Shown: positions 39,401 through 53,900 of the stretch, one piece after another
Numbering within the stretch: the first letter of the stretch is position 1
Layout: each line of letters begins with the position of its first letter
Assembly: GCF_009914755.1 (NCBI RefSeq)
Contig: NC_060932.1
Origin: the human T2T-CHM13v2.0 reference genome, Homo sapiens
Reading direction: 5' to 3' (one strand)
Length of the DNA stretch: 64,000 nucleotides
Made by a program: the position numbers and the translations under genes
The notes under the pieces: model-generated
What the model saw: only the letters and a program-made list of their open reading frames with translations
What the model was told of the DNA's origin: nothing
The model's database searches: none

Positions 39401-41910
39401 AGGCCACTGTGCTTTATTTGTATTTGCATATTCTTGCAGCAAGTGAGGGGTCTGTGAATCTTAAAAAAATGCAATGATTATCCAATCTATTAAATTAACT
39501 CTGTGCCTTTATATAAATGACCCCAAGTGAAACTGAACAGGAGGAAAACCATATTTTTGAGTATAAATATGTACTGTCCCATTGCATAAAACATACACCT
39601 CTCAGTAAGCATATGGTGATTACTATTATCCATGTTTTACAAATAAGGAACTGAGGTCTGAATCAAAGACTGACTCCATAGCTCAGGCCACTGCACTCCC
39701 CTGGCATTGGCAGAGACTCAAAGAGGAAAGCTGTCAAGGCACAAGAGAGAAGGTCCTCCTGCAGCCAGAGGCAGCTTGGGAAGACAAGCACTCCAAGACT
39801 AAGAGTAAGACTAAGGTCTGGATATCCCCAAAGACTCTTACAGAAAGCTGAAAAATGTGGCTACCATCACTTTTCCCCAGCTAGTAGAAAAACTTATTTC
39901 GAAAAATTCTATGTGATAATGAAAAGCTCAATAAGATTTGATGATTTAGATAATGAACAAATGAAATTACTTTCATGCTAAGTCAGGCTGACTGTTCAGT
40001 AACCTGCTCTGCCATGAGGGCCTGTCCCAAGGATGAGCTGCCTGACACGCTGTCTCCTCTTGACAATTTACAATGCTCCTGTGCACTAAAGACTCTTGAA
40101 GTACCATGGCAAATGCAATTTCAGTCTCCTTCAAACCAAGATTTATAAGCCTGCTTGACTGCAAAACTCTCTCTAACCTTAGAATTCCTATCAGCTTCTC
40201 ACCAGGGTGAACTTAGGCATAATGGTGTAGAGGAAAGAGCATAAGCGTTAATAATTAGATTTTAAACTCATTAATTAATTAATTAATTCATGCACAACTG
40301 AATGTCTACATGATCAGGCATAATGTCTTGGCAGTATGAAAAACGATGACATAGTCCTTGTCCTCATGGGATTTATATTAGCGGGGGCAAGGGCCAGGAG
40401 GGGAGAGAGACATATCAAATGTAATTATGAGAGAATGTGCTTAGCGGGCAGTCCATTTATTTATTGAACAAACAACTGCTGCATGCCCACACTGCTGTTG
40501 TCTCTGGTTTAGAGTCTCAGAACACATTGAATAAGAGACATAATGTCTTTAATTTTACAAAAATTACATTTTAGTTGAGATGCGGAAGATAATAAGTTAT
40601 AAAATAATGTCAACTGAGACAATAATGAAGACATTTTAATGAAAATGAAGGAAATTTAAACAAGATGATAAGATAAAGAGTGATTAAAGCCAGTGATTAT
40701 TTTAAAGTATCTATGTGAGGCTTATCTTGAAACTAGGAGGGACTTTATAACTTTTTTCATTGGTAAAATAATACATTCACATTTTAGAAAGTTTACAAAG
40801 TCCAGAAAACTTTTGAAGACTTGCCTTCAGTAGCTATGTATACCATTATAGTATTTACTTAATCATTTTCTCATTAATGGGTCAAAGGGCACATGCACTT
40901 CTAGAAAGATCTTTTACAGCTATACTTTCTCATGTAATGATAAATGTTAATGTGAAAATTATAGCCATAAACCAAAAACCTATTGAAGAATCCCTATTAG
41001 TTTCTTATTAAATTTTAAATCATTGAACTATTTATATCTTAAGCTAAAGATTTAATGATAAATTATTAGTGGAATCAGATTATGCTCATAGTGAATTGGA
41101 CAGAGCTGACCAGTCTTCAGTGGGTCAGTTAGTATAATACTTATTAATGGATGGCTATTAGGTTTGAGTATATTAGCCAAGTTTATTTTTATTTTTCCTT
41201 TGCTCACTGAATTGACCAAATAGTAAAAAGGCAGGGCTGATTTGGTCTCACTTAAAGATAATCAAGCTCCTTGTGTTTTTGAAATTGAGCAAATTCAGAG
41301 CTCTCAGTAGTATATTGTCAAGATTCATTGTCTTTTGAACTCTTTTCTTAGCAGTTTGTTAAAACTTGTTAAAGTTTTAAAGTTGTTAAAGCTTGAGTTG
41401 TCAAGCCAACAGCTCTTAAATTGTATCTTAAAATCAGGGGAGGATTAGTCTTAGTGTTGGATTGTGTTTGTGGGGAGAAACCATGGGAAAGATCTGGAAT
41501 TTCTTAATATCTGACATTTTGAAGGAGAGGGAGTTGTTTTAGGGTTTCACTGTACCACAGTTCCTTAAAGAGTTCTAAAATACTAACTGTAGCAGAACTT
41601 GCTTGGATACCAAGAGAACAAGCTCTATAAAAGTTAAAATCAATGGTAATTTCTCATAAGCACAAAAAATTTCTAAGTAAAATGGTAGGATTTTTTTCCT
41701 ATTGCCCATTTTTGGAGATTAATTATAGGAATAGCTTATGCCCTTTAACAAACAGTTCTACAGGGAAAGAGTTGACATAACTAGCTGACAAGAAAAAATA
41801 TCTGGAAAAGCTTAAAAGATCTAAAAATGCTCAAGTGTTCAATGCTTTCTGCAATAAAAGCAATACAGTACCTATGGCAACAATCTTCCCAGAGTTCTGC
41901 CATACCTGTA

Positions 41911-43377
<1,467 letters not shown>

Positions 43378-46021
43378 AAATACAGCTTTGTTTAGACTTT
43401 ATAATAATTGTCAGCTCCCAGTCCTTGCATATTATGACTTGATCTCATGCTTTCTCCTTTCTCATTTCTCCCATTTCTTCCATGTATTTAGGGAAAAAGA
43501 TTGATCTGGACTCCACCACAACTTCAAATTGAGGCGCACTCCCCAGGCTTATGGAAACAAACACCATCAATGTGAGTTGGACACAGACCAGATATGACAT
43601 CATCCACATGGTCTTTTATGGCACTTGGATCTCAAAGAGATGGCCCTGCAAATTATAGGAAGTAGAACACAAACAAAAGTGATATAGCTTTTGCTTATTA
43701 ATTGAATATCACCCAAGAATATTTGAGAATGCTCCTGACTCATGGAGAAATACTAATTAATTTATGAGTATTGTCACCCTGCCAAGGGACAGTCTCCGTT
43801 AATAGTTAACCTTCACTTCTTGTTTCTTCTGCTTTCACTACCAAATATGTGTTTTTGTGTTGCTGTTTTGCTTTAAATTTCCTTTTCTTCACAAAAAAAT
43901 GATGTCTTCATGACTCCACATACTGTTATAAATTATATTTTTAACTCATATTGGTCTTACAGCACCCAGAAAAGGCACCTCTCAAAGACCACTCCCATGG
44001 TGGCTGGAGGTCTGAGCCCCTGAACCTCTCAGACTTTAAAGATGAGATGATTCATTTTAATTCTATTTTTTCATAGTCACCGGAGACCGAGACACTTTTT
44101 AAAGCTAATTTCTACAGCACCAGAGTTCTTGCTCATAATGGGAAAGAGATTATGGGAGAAATGAATGTGTTACTGGGTTTATGATCTTGTCCTGTCCTAC
44201 TGACCAGCAATCAGAATTCTTCACAGATCATTGACTTTTTTTTTTTTTTTTTTTGAGGAAAACAAATTCCTGTGAGTTCTGGACATTGAGGACCAGAATT
44301 GTATTTTACATTACTAAGTAAGAAATATCCAGAATTATCTGCTTTGTAAAGTCTGTTAAATATTATTTATGGAGCAGGTCTTGGGTTTAGATGTTAAGCA
44401 TTTGAATACACAAATGGACGCCTTGCTGGTTTTGTGGGTCGGCTGATAAGAGCTATTAGTGACACTCGTAGTTAGCGAGTTTCTTCAGTGTTGAAGGGCT
44501 TACATCAATTAGGCTGCATAAGCATCACCCAGGGTATTTGTTACAATTCCAGTTTCCAGGCCCTATGTCTTGGAAGCTGCATTTTTTAAACAAATGCAAT
44601 ACATGCACACATATCATTGGAACAACTGAGCTTGCCTCTCCAGGTCAACTTTAAATGAAAAATGTCTGTTGACTGTCTACTCCTGTAGTACCTGGCAACT
44701 CTGAGACAGAAATAATCAGAAGTTATCCAGTGTTTAAACTGGAAGGGTTCATTTGTTTTTCTGTTTTTTTTCAGAATATAAGGAAAAATATGATCATAAT
44801 ATAGCAACTGCTTTTGAAATCTTCATTATCTAGATATTCAATACTGTTAATTTAATTACAAGTTCTACTAATCCATTTAAAAATGTATATTTTTGCCAAT
44901 TGGGAATTAATGAAACAATTAAGAAATTACTATATTGTTTCTCTTAGGCAAGGCTTAGAAACAAAATCATCAAGGCTCAAGTTTCTGCAGTGCAGTGAAA
45001 TGATCTTCAGGAATCAGAATTGATCACAATCTGCTGTCCAAATTTGAATACATTGATCAATGACTTTTTTTTTTAAATAATCCTATATTTTATTTACAGA
45101 TGCATATTATATATATTTTTGTTTGTTATATTACTTTTAATTTTTTTCACATTTAAGTGTTTTCTACAAAACATACAAAGATAGTTAATGAGATGTGAAC
45201 TATGATAAAAAATACAGGTATTGAACAAACACTGAATCTGTTTACACATAGGACCTAATATTTATCAACTCTGGATGATTATGGTTACAAAGAAGAAATA
45301 TACATTCATAATTTTTGTAACATAAATATAACACCAAACAAAAAATGGAAAGTAATACTTAGGGAAATAGGAGGCTACTTGTTTATGTGTATGATAATCT
45401 TATCTTCCACAGTGGAGATTAAAATACTTGAAGCCGATAGTTGAAAGTACTGCAACTTCTTCAGTTTTTCAGATTTGACTTTATAAGTACAGAATAACTT
45501 AGGATAATTTAGGAACTAATATTTCTTGTAATAAAAAATATTCAAACTTCAGCAATATCTTTAGTTTTACTTCTATTCATTGTTCCTCAAAGTCAAGTAA
45601 AAAAAATGTAATGATTTTATTAAGAACAGGTTTATAAGACGACACTATTTTATTCTCTAGATTACCTCTCTCTATCCATCCATAAATAGGCAGAGCCAGA
45701 CACCTGAAATGGTTTTCTCCAAACTGAAAATATTAATTACTTGGAGAGAGGGAAACATGTTAGTAATTGTTATTTTTTAAAATTTGAATTTGTATGGTAA
45801 GAATAAAAATATTTGCAAAAAAATAATGTAACCAGGACCAGGCACGGTGGTTTTTTGAAATTTCATATTTCCTCCAGGTGAAAGCCTGCTCGTCCTTAAA
45901 TTGTTCTTGAACTTTTTCCACTTCGTTTGTGTTCTTTTTAAAATCCCTTGTCTCATACTTTCTGTTTCTGCCATGTTGTATTTTATTGCCTTAAATATTT
46001 TGTAATATAATTATTGTACTA

Positions 46022-46176
46022 TTTTTTCTTTTTTTTTGGTATTTGAGACAGAGTCTTGCTCTGTCACCCAGGCTGGAGTGCAGTGACGCCATCTTAGCTC
46101 ATTGCAGCCTCAATCTCCTGGGCTCCAGCGGCCCTCCTGCTTCAGCCTCCCAAAGTGCTGTGATGACAGGCATGAT
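46022..46176 (-). mobile_element. Alu monomer / internally deleted AluJ
   Basis: gagacagagtcttgctctgtcacccagg...gcctcccaaagtgctg. Confidence 0.8.
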
Positions 46177-46867
46177 CAATGACTTTTTAATGTATCAACA
46201 AGATAGTAAGCTGATCTGGAATCTGGACCAATGGAAATGAGATTGATGACTCTTACATGATTAAGACAAACATAATATCCTCCCAGCTATTGTCAAATAT
46301 TCCTTTTAATAAGGCATAAGATTTCTTATTGCTTTTGAAGCTCATTTCCTCAGGGAAAAAGCAAATGTTATCTGGCTAAAGTTCTTAACCTGCAAATATA
46401 GCAGGAAGTCCATGTAGGCTCTCCTCTCTGGGTCTAAACCAGTAGTCTAGCACATTCTGAAGAACCAGGATGATTGTTTTATAGTAATTGAGTTCTCCCC
46501 TGGTGCTCAGAGAACTTTGTAAGTGATGGGGGCATGGGGGTTCATGGGGCATGAAAGCTCATATTCATGAATTTAAGTTGTATTAATTGGAATTTAAGGA
46601 AGACTCACCAGTGTTTTATGAGATAAAATATTATACTGACTCAAAAAATACGGAGGGCAGTTTGTTTTCTTCTTTCTCCCAGGAGGTGGGATCAATATGC
46701 TTTAAGTAGCAGAGAAGTCTGTGCACTCCTTCCTCCTCCACACCATACCTGTTCACCCAAGTTAGGAAGTGGGCTTGTATTGGTTTTGGCGGTATTCTCA
46801 TTCTCCCGCTGTCTTTCTCTCTCAGCTCCCTGCATACGGAATGTTGTTTGCTACAGACCTCCAGACC

Positions 46868-47045
46868 TGGACTGTCCAGTATGGTAGCCACTAACCACAG
46901 GTGGCTCTTTACATGAACATTAACTAAAATACCATGAAATTTAAAATTCTGTTCCTCAGTCCTATTAGCCACAGTTCAACAGCCACAGAACACAGATCCA
47001 GAACATTCGTATCAGTGCAGAAAGTTCTATTGGGCAGTACTGATC
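46868..47045. mobile_element. MER3-like Charlie MITE
   Basis: ctgtccagtatggtagccactaaccaca...gaaagttctattgggcag. Confidence 0.75.
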
Positions 47046-47235
47046 CAGACTCACATGTAGTTTTCTGCCCACCAGACTACCCAGATTTGGCCCAGGCAAA
47101 TTGAGCCTGCTTGAAGTGGCTTGCAAGAGCCATTGGTGAATATCCAGGAACTTTGCAGGCCAGTTAGTAATGCACTGGTAGCTCAAAATTGGCCATGGTG
47201 GGAGCATCTATACCATGGGAATGGTCTCAATTAGA

Positions 47236-47551
47236 GTTTTTTTTTATTTTTATAGAGATAGGATCTTGCTCTGTTGCCCAGGCTAGACTGCAGTGGTGCA
47301 ATTATAGCCAACTGCATGCAGCCTCCACCTCCTAAGTTCAAGTGATCCTTCTGCCTCAGCCTCCCAAGCAGCTGGGACTACAGGTACACACCACTATGCC
47401 TGGCTAATTATTTTCCTTTTTAATTTTATTTTTTATATGGACTGGGTCTTGCTACGTTGCCCAGGCTGATCTCTAGCTCTGGCCTCAAGTGATCCTCTCA
47501 CCTTGGCCTCTCAAAGTGCTGGGACTACAGGCGTTAGCCACCATGCCTGGA
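47236..47551 (-). mobile_element. AluJ
   Basis: Both arms visible, diverged. Confidence 0.9.
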
Positions 47552-47879
47552 CATTTTTTTTTTTTTTTTTTAATAAGAGGCCATTAACTATTACACCACT
47601 ACATGACAATGTTTATTTTAAGCACTTACAAGGAAGAAACAACCCAGAAAGTTGATGCCCTTACCATGGGGCTGCTCAGGTGACATCCTTAGCAGGGCCA
47701 CCATCCTCATACTAGTGGATATTAAAACCTGGGGTAGCATAGGTAGCATAGCTTATAGGAAGAAGTAGGGAGTTGCAGTGCTCAAAGAGATTGCGTTATG
47801 AGTGTTCTAGTTCGTAAATAGTCTTAGTAGCTTCTGTCCTACTTTTCAGCTACATCATATTACTCTGTTACAATAGTAC

Positions 47880-48178
47880 TCTAGAAGAGCACCCATGCTA
47901 TATTAATATAACACAAGTTGCATTTGTCAATTTAAATTTCCTGGTACTTAAAACAAGTGAAATTAATTTAGTAACATATATATTTTAACCAAATACATCC
48001 ACATCATTATTATTTTAATACATAATCAATATTAAATAGTGTTAAAGGAGACATTTTACATTCTTACTTTTTCACAGAAAGTGCATGTCTTTATGCCCAT
48101 AGTGCAGAGCAATTCAAGTTAAACACATTTCAAGTGCCCAACAGTCACATGTGGGTAGTATTAGACAGCACAGCTCTA
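47880..48178. mobile_element. MER33-like Charlie MITE
   Basis: cacatttcaagtgcccaacagtcacatgtgg...tattagacagcacagctcta. Confidence 0.6.
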
Positions 48179-48991
48179 AGTGAAAAGGATAAAACAGTTT
48201 AATAATTGGCGAGGTAGGACTGGTAGAACTTGGAGAGTGATTAGATGTGGGAGAGACTGTACATCTAGACTAGAGAGAAGCCAAAGGGAACACTCGGGAG
48301 AGGCAAATGGCTATCCCATGGCAACCTCATTCATTTCCATGGCTTAAGCTCTACGGAGGCACAGAATGCTCCCATCTTCAGGTCTGGCTATGCGCCTGCA
48401 TCCCGTATGCACACTGTCTTACATGTGCGACCAGAATCATTATCTTTACCTGTAGAGCTGCTGTCCCCCGACTTCAATCTTGTCAAACATTACAGGCTAA
48501 GACCCCCAGCTGCCGTCCCTCTTGCCACCTGAAATCTGCAGTTATTTTGCCTCCATGATATCTTCCAGGTACCCACCCTCTAGTGCTGTCTTGGTACAGA
48601 AGGCATCACACTGGCCCAAACTGGTCTAGTATCTGAGTAGCTCCCAGCTAGTCACGCTGTTTTCTCAATGCATTCCCTTTCCTATCATCCTTCGCCCTGC
48701 TGCAAGTTTCCATGCCAAACGGCATCACTGGTCCTGTGGCCACACGTTAGGTAGAGAATAAGATCAAACTTCATGTAACATCACATGACTTTCAAGGCTC
48801 TTACTCCCCCCATCTCTTCTCTAGGACTCCTCCTTCACTCTTCTCGCTGCTGAAACTCTTACTGGCTCTGCCCTGCACCCTGGACTTCTCACTCTGTGTT
48901 CACTGATTTACATGTTCTCATATCTGTGCCTCCAAATCGTCCAACTGCTACTTCTCAACAGAGCCACTCTTCCTTAGAAAACCATCACTCA

Positions 48992-49289
48992 GGCAGGGCG
49001 CGGTGGCTCACGCCTGTAATCCCAGCACTTTGGAAGGCCGAGGGGGGCAGATCACGAGGTCAGGAGATCAAGACCATCCTGGCTAACACGGTGAAACCCC
49101 GTCTCTACTAAAAATACAAAAAATTAGCCGGGCGTGGCGGCAGGCGCCTGTAGTACCAGCTACTCCGGAGGCTGAGGCAGGAGAATGGCGTCAACCCGGG
49201 AGGCGGAGCTTGCAGTGAGCCGAGATCCCGCCACTACACTCCAGCCCAACGACAGAGCGAGACTCCGTCTCAAAAAAAAAAAAAAAAAA
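48992..49289 (+). mobile_element. AluY, CpG-rich
   Basis: gatcacgaggtcaggagatc, accatcctggctaacacgg, gagaatggcgt, ggagcttgcag; TSD-like aaaa(t)ccatcact. Confidence 0.93.
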
Positions 49290-49688
49290 TCCATCACTAA
49301 ACGACCTTCCGCCTGGGGATGGGTAAAACAACCCTTATGCGGGTTCAACACCTGCACATGAGCGTCACTGCCCTCACACCATGGCATTGCTATCATTCTC
49401 ATACGCGTCTGTCTCCTCCACCCCACCCCGGGACTGTGCTCAGCCCCAGCATGCTGTCGACCATCAGTGTATACTTGCTGCCCAGCTGCTTTGGGAGCTT
49501 TGCCAGATTTTCCTGGGTAGACCTTCCACAACATTCCTCCGGGGCATTGTTTGGTTCCTGTGATGTCTGGGGTGTACCTCTGGTTCGACCTGTCAAATCC
49601 TGTGCACTCTGTTTGTTCCAAGTTGTTTGCTCTGTGCCCACAGGGATCCTCCCTTCAGTTGTACTCCCAGCTTTGGGTCTGCAGAGTC

Positions 49689-49969
49689 TGGCTCACACCT
49701 GTAACCCCAGCACTTTGGGAGGCCGATGTGGGAGGATCACTTGAGGCCAGGAGTTGGAGACCAGCCTGGGCAACAGAGCAAGACCCCGTTTCTACACATT
49801 TTTTTTTTTTAAATTAGCCAGGTATAGTGATATATGCCTGTAGCACAGCTACTTGGAAGGCTGAGGTGGGAGGCTTGCTTGAGGCCAGGAGTTCAAGGCT
49901 GCAGTCAGTGAGCTATGATGATTGTGCCACTACACTCCAGCCTGGGTGACAGAGCAAGACCTTATCTCA

Positions 49970-50000
<31 letters not shown>

Positions 50001-50043
50001 GAAAAGGAAAAGGAAAGAAAGGAAAAAAAGAAAAGAAAAGAAA
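49689..50043 (+). mobile_element. AluJ with long A / GAAAA tail
   Basis: gaggccaggagttcaaggctgcag...gtgagctatgat. Confidence 0.9.
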
Positions 50044-52009
50044 CATGTTTGGGTCGCTTTTGCTGATGTGCCATAAGACAGGAAATGCAGGAGGGAATGT
50101 TTTCTAATTACCAGGGTTATTCCCTTTTAGTGCTGCCTACCGTGGCTCTATGCCTGGATACAGTAGGCCACTCCGAGAGCTCCCTCACCAACCTTTCAGC
50201 CCCCTCATTGCAAGGAATGCATTGAAAAAACACCATTTCGAATCTGCCAGTCATTTTTACCTTTCAACTTCAAAGTACTTCTCTTCTATCAACTCCTAGG
50301 ACCATGCCTTATCTTTGAGTTGTTCTGAAAACTTTTTTTAAAAGCAAATATACATTTTAATATGATATTTGTCCCCCAAATGGGGGACCAAGTTATTGAA
50401 TACCCTCCTTCCAGAGGAAACCAAGGCTGAGACATCAAGGGCTCCCACTTTGGCATTCGAGAGATTTCTGGAGCTCATGGGTCCCTTTAGCAAAGCCTAC
50501 AGCTTTAGAAAACTTGCTATAAAAGGACTTGGTGTCCTGAACCCAGCCTACCAGGGCTGGCAGGCTGTTGCTGTTTCCCTGCCTGCATTCCACTGCACAT
50601 TAAACCACGTACTGAAACTGATAAATACCAGGAAGTGCTATTGAACCGAAGGGAAGGCTATTTAACTCCGTTCCAAAGCTATATGTAATATTTATGAGGA
50701 GGACAACTTTAGCCCTACACTCAGAAAATCTCTGCTCAGAAAATTACCTATAACTATTGACCATAGCCCTAAAAATTTATGGATTGGTGCTTTTTAATAT
50801 TATTTGAATAATTTTAACTGATAGCATATTTAATGTTTGTTCTTGTGCTTGAACAGAAGCTAACCATATGAAGTTTGCTAGTTACACTAAAAATTTGCCT
50901 TCCCTTTTATGGGTTTTGTGCACTTTGCAATAAGAAAATCAGAACATTATTTTTCTCTTATCAACATATGTCATTGCAGGCATGACACCTCTTCGTTAGA
51001 TATATTGATTTTAGATTTAACCACCTCTCCCCTATCTTTTTTTATTCCTCTTTTCTCAAGACTATGCAAAATTGTGTTTTTTCAATAGCATTATGTTCTT
51101 TTTGGCATTTGAGAAGTATTTTATATAATGACTGCATCAAATGTCACAATATTTGGAATTGAGCCCTTTCATTATATCATTCAATATGGAAAGCTTATGA
51201 GAAGAGCTGCAGGAACTCATTTAAAAATAAATATCCTGAAGATATTTTTCCTATCACCTGTGAACCAAAATAACTGTCAGCATTGTGTCTTGTCCTTAGC
51301 TCCACTCCCTCTTTAATTTATTTTGACGATCTCTCCATCAGTCATCTTGCAGGTATTGCACATAGCCACTTTCAGACGAGTCTTGTTTTAAGCCTTTGTT
51401 TTCACTGTGTGGATTAAACATCACCGTGGGATCTGGGCGAATCCATGAGATCCTGGAAGGAGGGGGTGCATATCGTGACTGGGGTGCGTGGTGGCATGAT
51501 TCAGAGCGTCCTGAATGTTCAAGGGTGCTGCCGGAAAAAGACGAAAAAATCCACAATTAAGACGAAAAAATCCACAATTGCCTCATGAATTGCCATTGCA
51601 TTTTTTTTTCTCTTTTCAACATTGTATTCAGGCAAGAAGATTACTGTATGCACCATTCCAGACCAATAGAATCACTCAAGACAGAGAAAATGACAGTGTT
51701 TTTCCCACTGGCACCCCTCCATCTATTGCCTTTTTCTAGTTCTGAAGACTGTGGCAACTTTGAAGAATGACAAATTATCATTAGCAGCATCCCCAGCATT
51801 AGCTCCACATCATTACCTCAGATATTTATTAATCAGATATTTATCAAGATGCTACTGAAATATAAAAATAGAAAACATGACTTCTGCCTTCTATGTGGGC
51901 TCAATCTCTTTGGAGAGATAAGACACGGGCGCCTTTGCCAACATAATAGCATAATAAAAATGTGGTAATTATAGTTAAAATCATTATCGCCATGTAGTGT
52001 TGACTTGTG

Positions 52010-52240
52010 TTTTCTTACATGGATAAGGCTGAGCATCTTTGCATAGGTAGCCATTTCCACTTTTTAAATTGAAAGAGCATTTTTCAGCTTATTTTTCTAT
52101 AGCACCATTGGCCTATTTTCCCCTCTATTTTTTGATACTCTTTATATATTTAAGGGATATAACCTTTATTGTGAGATAAGTTACAAATACTTTCCCTAGT
52201 TATTATTTTTAATTTGTAAATTATTTTTATGACAGTGTGA
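52010..52240 (-). mobile_element. L1M fragment
   Basis: aggctgagcatcttt...ctctttatatattaaggga. Confidence 0.5.
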
Positions 52241-53556
52241 TTATTTCAACTATATTCAGTCTTACTTGAGAACTATCAGTTTGGTTGTACTTAAGGTTAG
52301 GATGCAACCTAGATGATCCTGACAAGATGAGACAAGTTGTTTTTAAAAACTTAAAATTTGTTATCAACACTGGAGAGCCCTTGAAGACTGAAAAGGGAGG
52401 TGACCTGGTGGACACAGGGATTGGGTACAGGGTAGACTGAAGGGGAACTGGGCAGGGAGGCAGGTAGGAACTGTTTTTCTTGCTCTTGGAGGGCAGAGGA
52501 AGATGCGTGCCCACTGTGCTCTTCTGAGACAGTGGAGGCTGGCCGGAAAACATAGCTCTCACGTACTTGACAGGGACCAGTTGGGAAGATCAGTCATTGC
52601 TGACTGGGGACACCCTTGTCATGGAATGCTGAGGGCAGAGGAGGCTACTGACTTAGGCAGAGTTTGGCTGGGCCAAGACCCCTCCCTGCTCCACTCCTGT
52701 CCTGGAGCTGGGCACAGTGTCCATCTGCAACTTTCCTGCCCTTGAGCCCATGCACTGCTGCCCTTGGTAATTAGCGGAGCCTGAAATTCAGTCAGCCAAG
52801 GCATGTGCGTAGGTTGCAGTCTAGAACCTTGACTCTCCTTTCTCCCTCCCTCCCTTTTCCCCACAGCTCTCCCAGGCTTGACAGCTCTTTTAGGAATGCA
52901 AGCTCAAAGGCCACCACCCCCTTTGGAATAGCCACTGGCTATTCTTGGAAAGGCAGAGGACTCTAGCATCTTTAGCAGACCTCTAACCAACCAGCAACAG
53001 CCATGTCTCTATTCAAAACCCAAAAGAGCTGATTATCTTTCAATCTTCCCATTATAAAGTTACTCACCCTTCTCCCTCTTAAAGAAAAGTAACTGAGTGT
53101 CTTCTGGAAAGGACTTATTCTCTGTCCCTTCCTTCATCATCATGGGGCAGCATGTAGGAAACTAGAACAATACGGTCACTGGTTTAGAGCTGAATTCCCT
53201 TTGGGAGTCAAGCCCTCTTTCAACAGAGTGGGAAAGACATGTAAATTTAATGTCTAGGAGAAACCCTCTGTGTGTCTTCGTCTCGCTCTCCATATGCATA
53301 CATATCCACACATACCATACCTGTGTATACATATATGTATGTGCATGTGTGTGTTATTCCTTCTTTTTTTCTTTTTATGGTTTTGGGAGTTTGAGGATTT
53401 CTCTTTCTCCAAGAATAAGCTGTTGGTAAATATTCTATCCCTTCTCTGTGACTTCAGTTTATCTCTGCATTAGCTAAGCACATACATTCCCCGTGCTCTC
53501 ATCACACATGGCCAGTTGCCAGTTTAAATGAAGTGTTTTAGTATAATTTTGGAAGA

Positions 53557-53900
53557 CAGTCATGCACCACTTAACCACAGAGATATGTTTGAGAAGTGTG
53601 TTGTTAGGAGATTTTGTCCATATGCAAACATCACAGAGTGCACTTTCATAAACCTAGATGGTTGAGCCTACTACACACCTAGGTTATACGGTAAAGCCTG
53701 TGGCTCCTAGGCTACAAACCTGCACAGCATGTGACTCTACTGTATACTGTAGGCAATTGGAACACAATAGCATTTGTGTATCTGAACCCAGCTAAACCTG
53801 AAACAGATATAGTAAAAAATAGGGTATTATAATCTTATGCGACCTCCCTTGTATATGCAGCTTGTTGTTGACCAAAACATCATTATACAGTGCATGACTA
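53557..53900 (-). mobile_element. Tigger3a-like MITE
   Basis: TIRs cagtcatgcac ... gtgcatgacta; antisense-homologous to the ends of the element at 41911-43056. Confidence 0.85.

Noticed and set aside
40269-40288. (TTAA)n self-complementary run
   Set aside because: Consistent with an eroded L2 tail microsatellite
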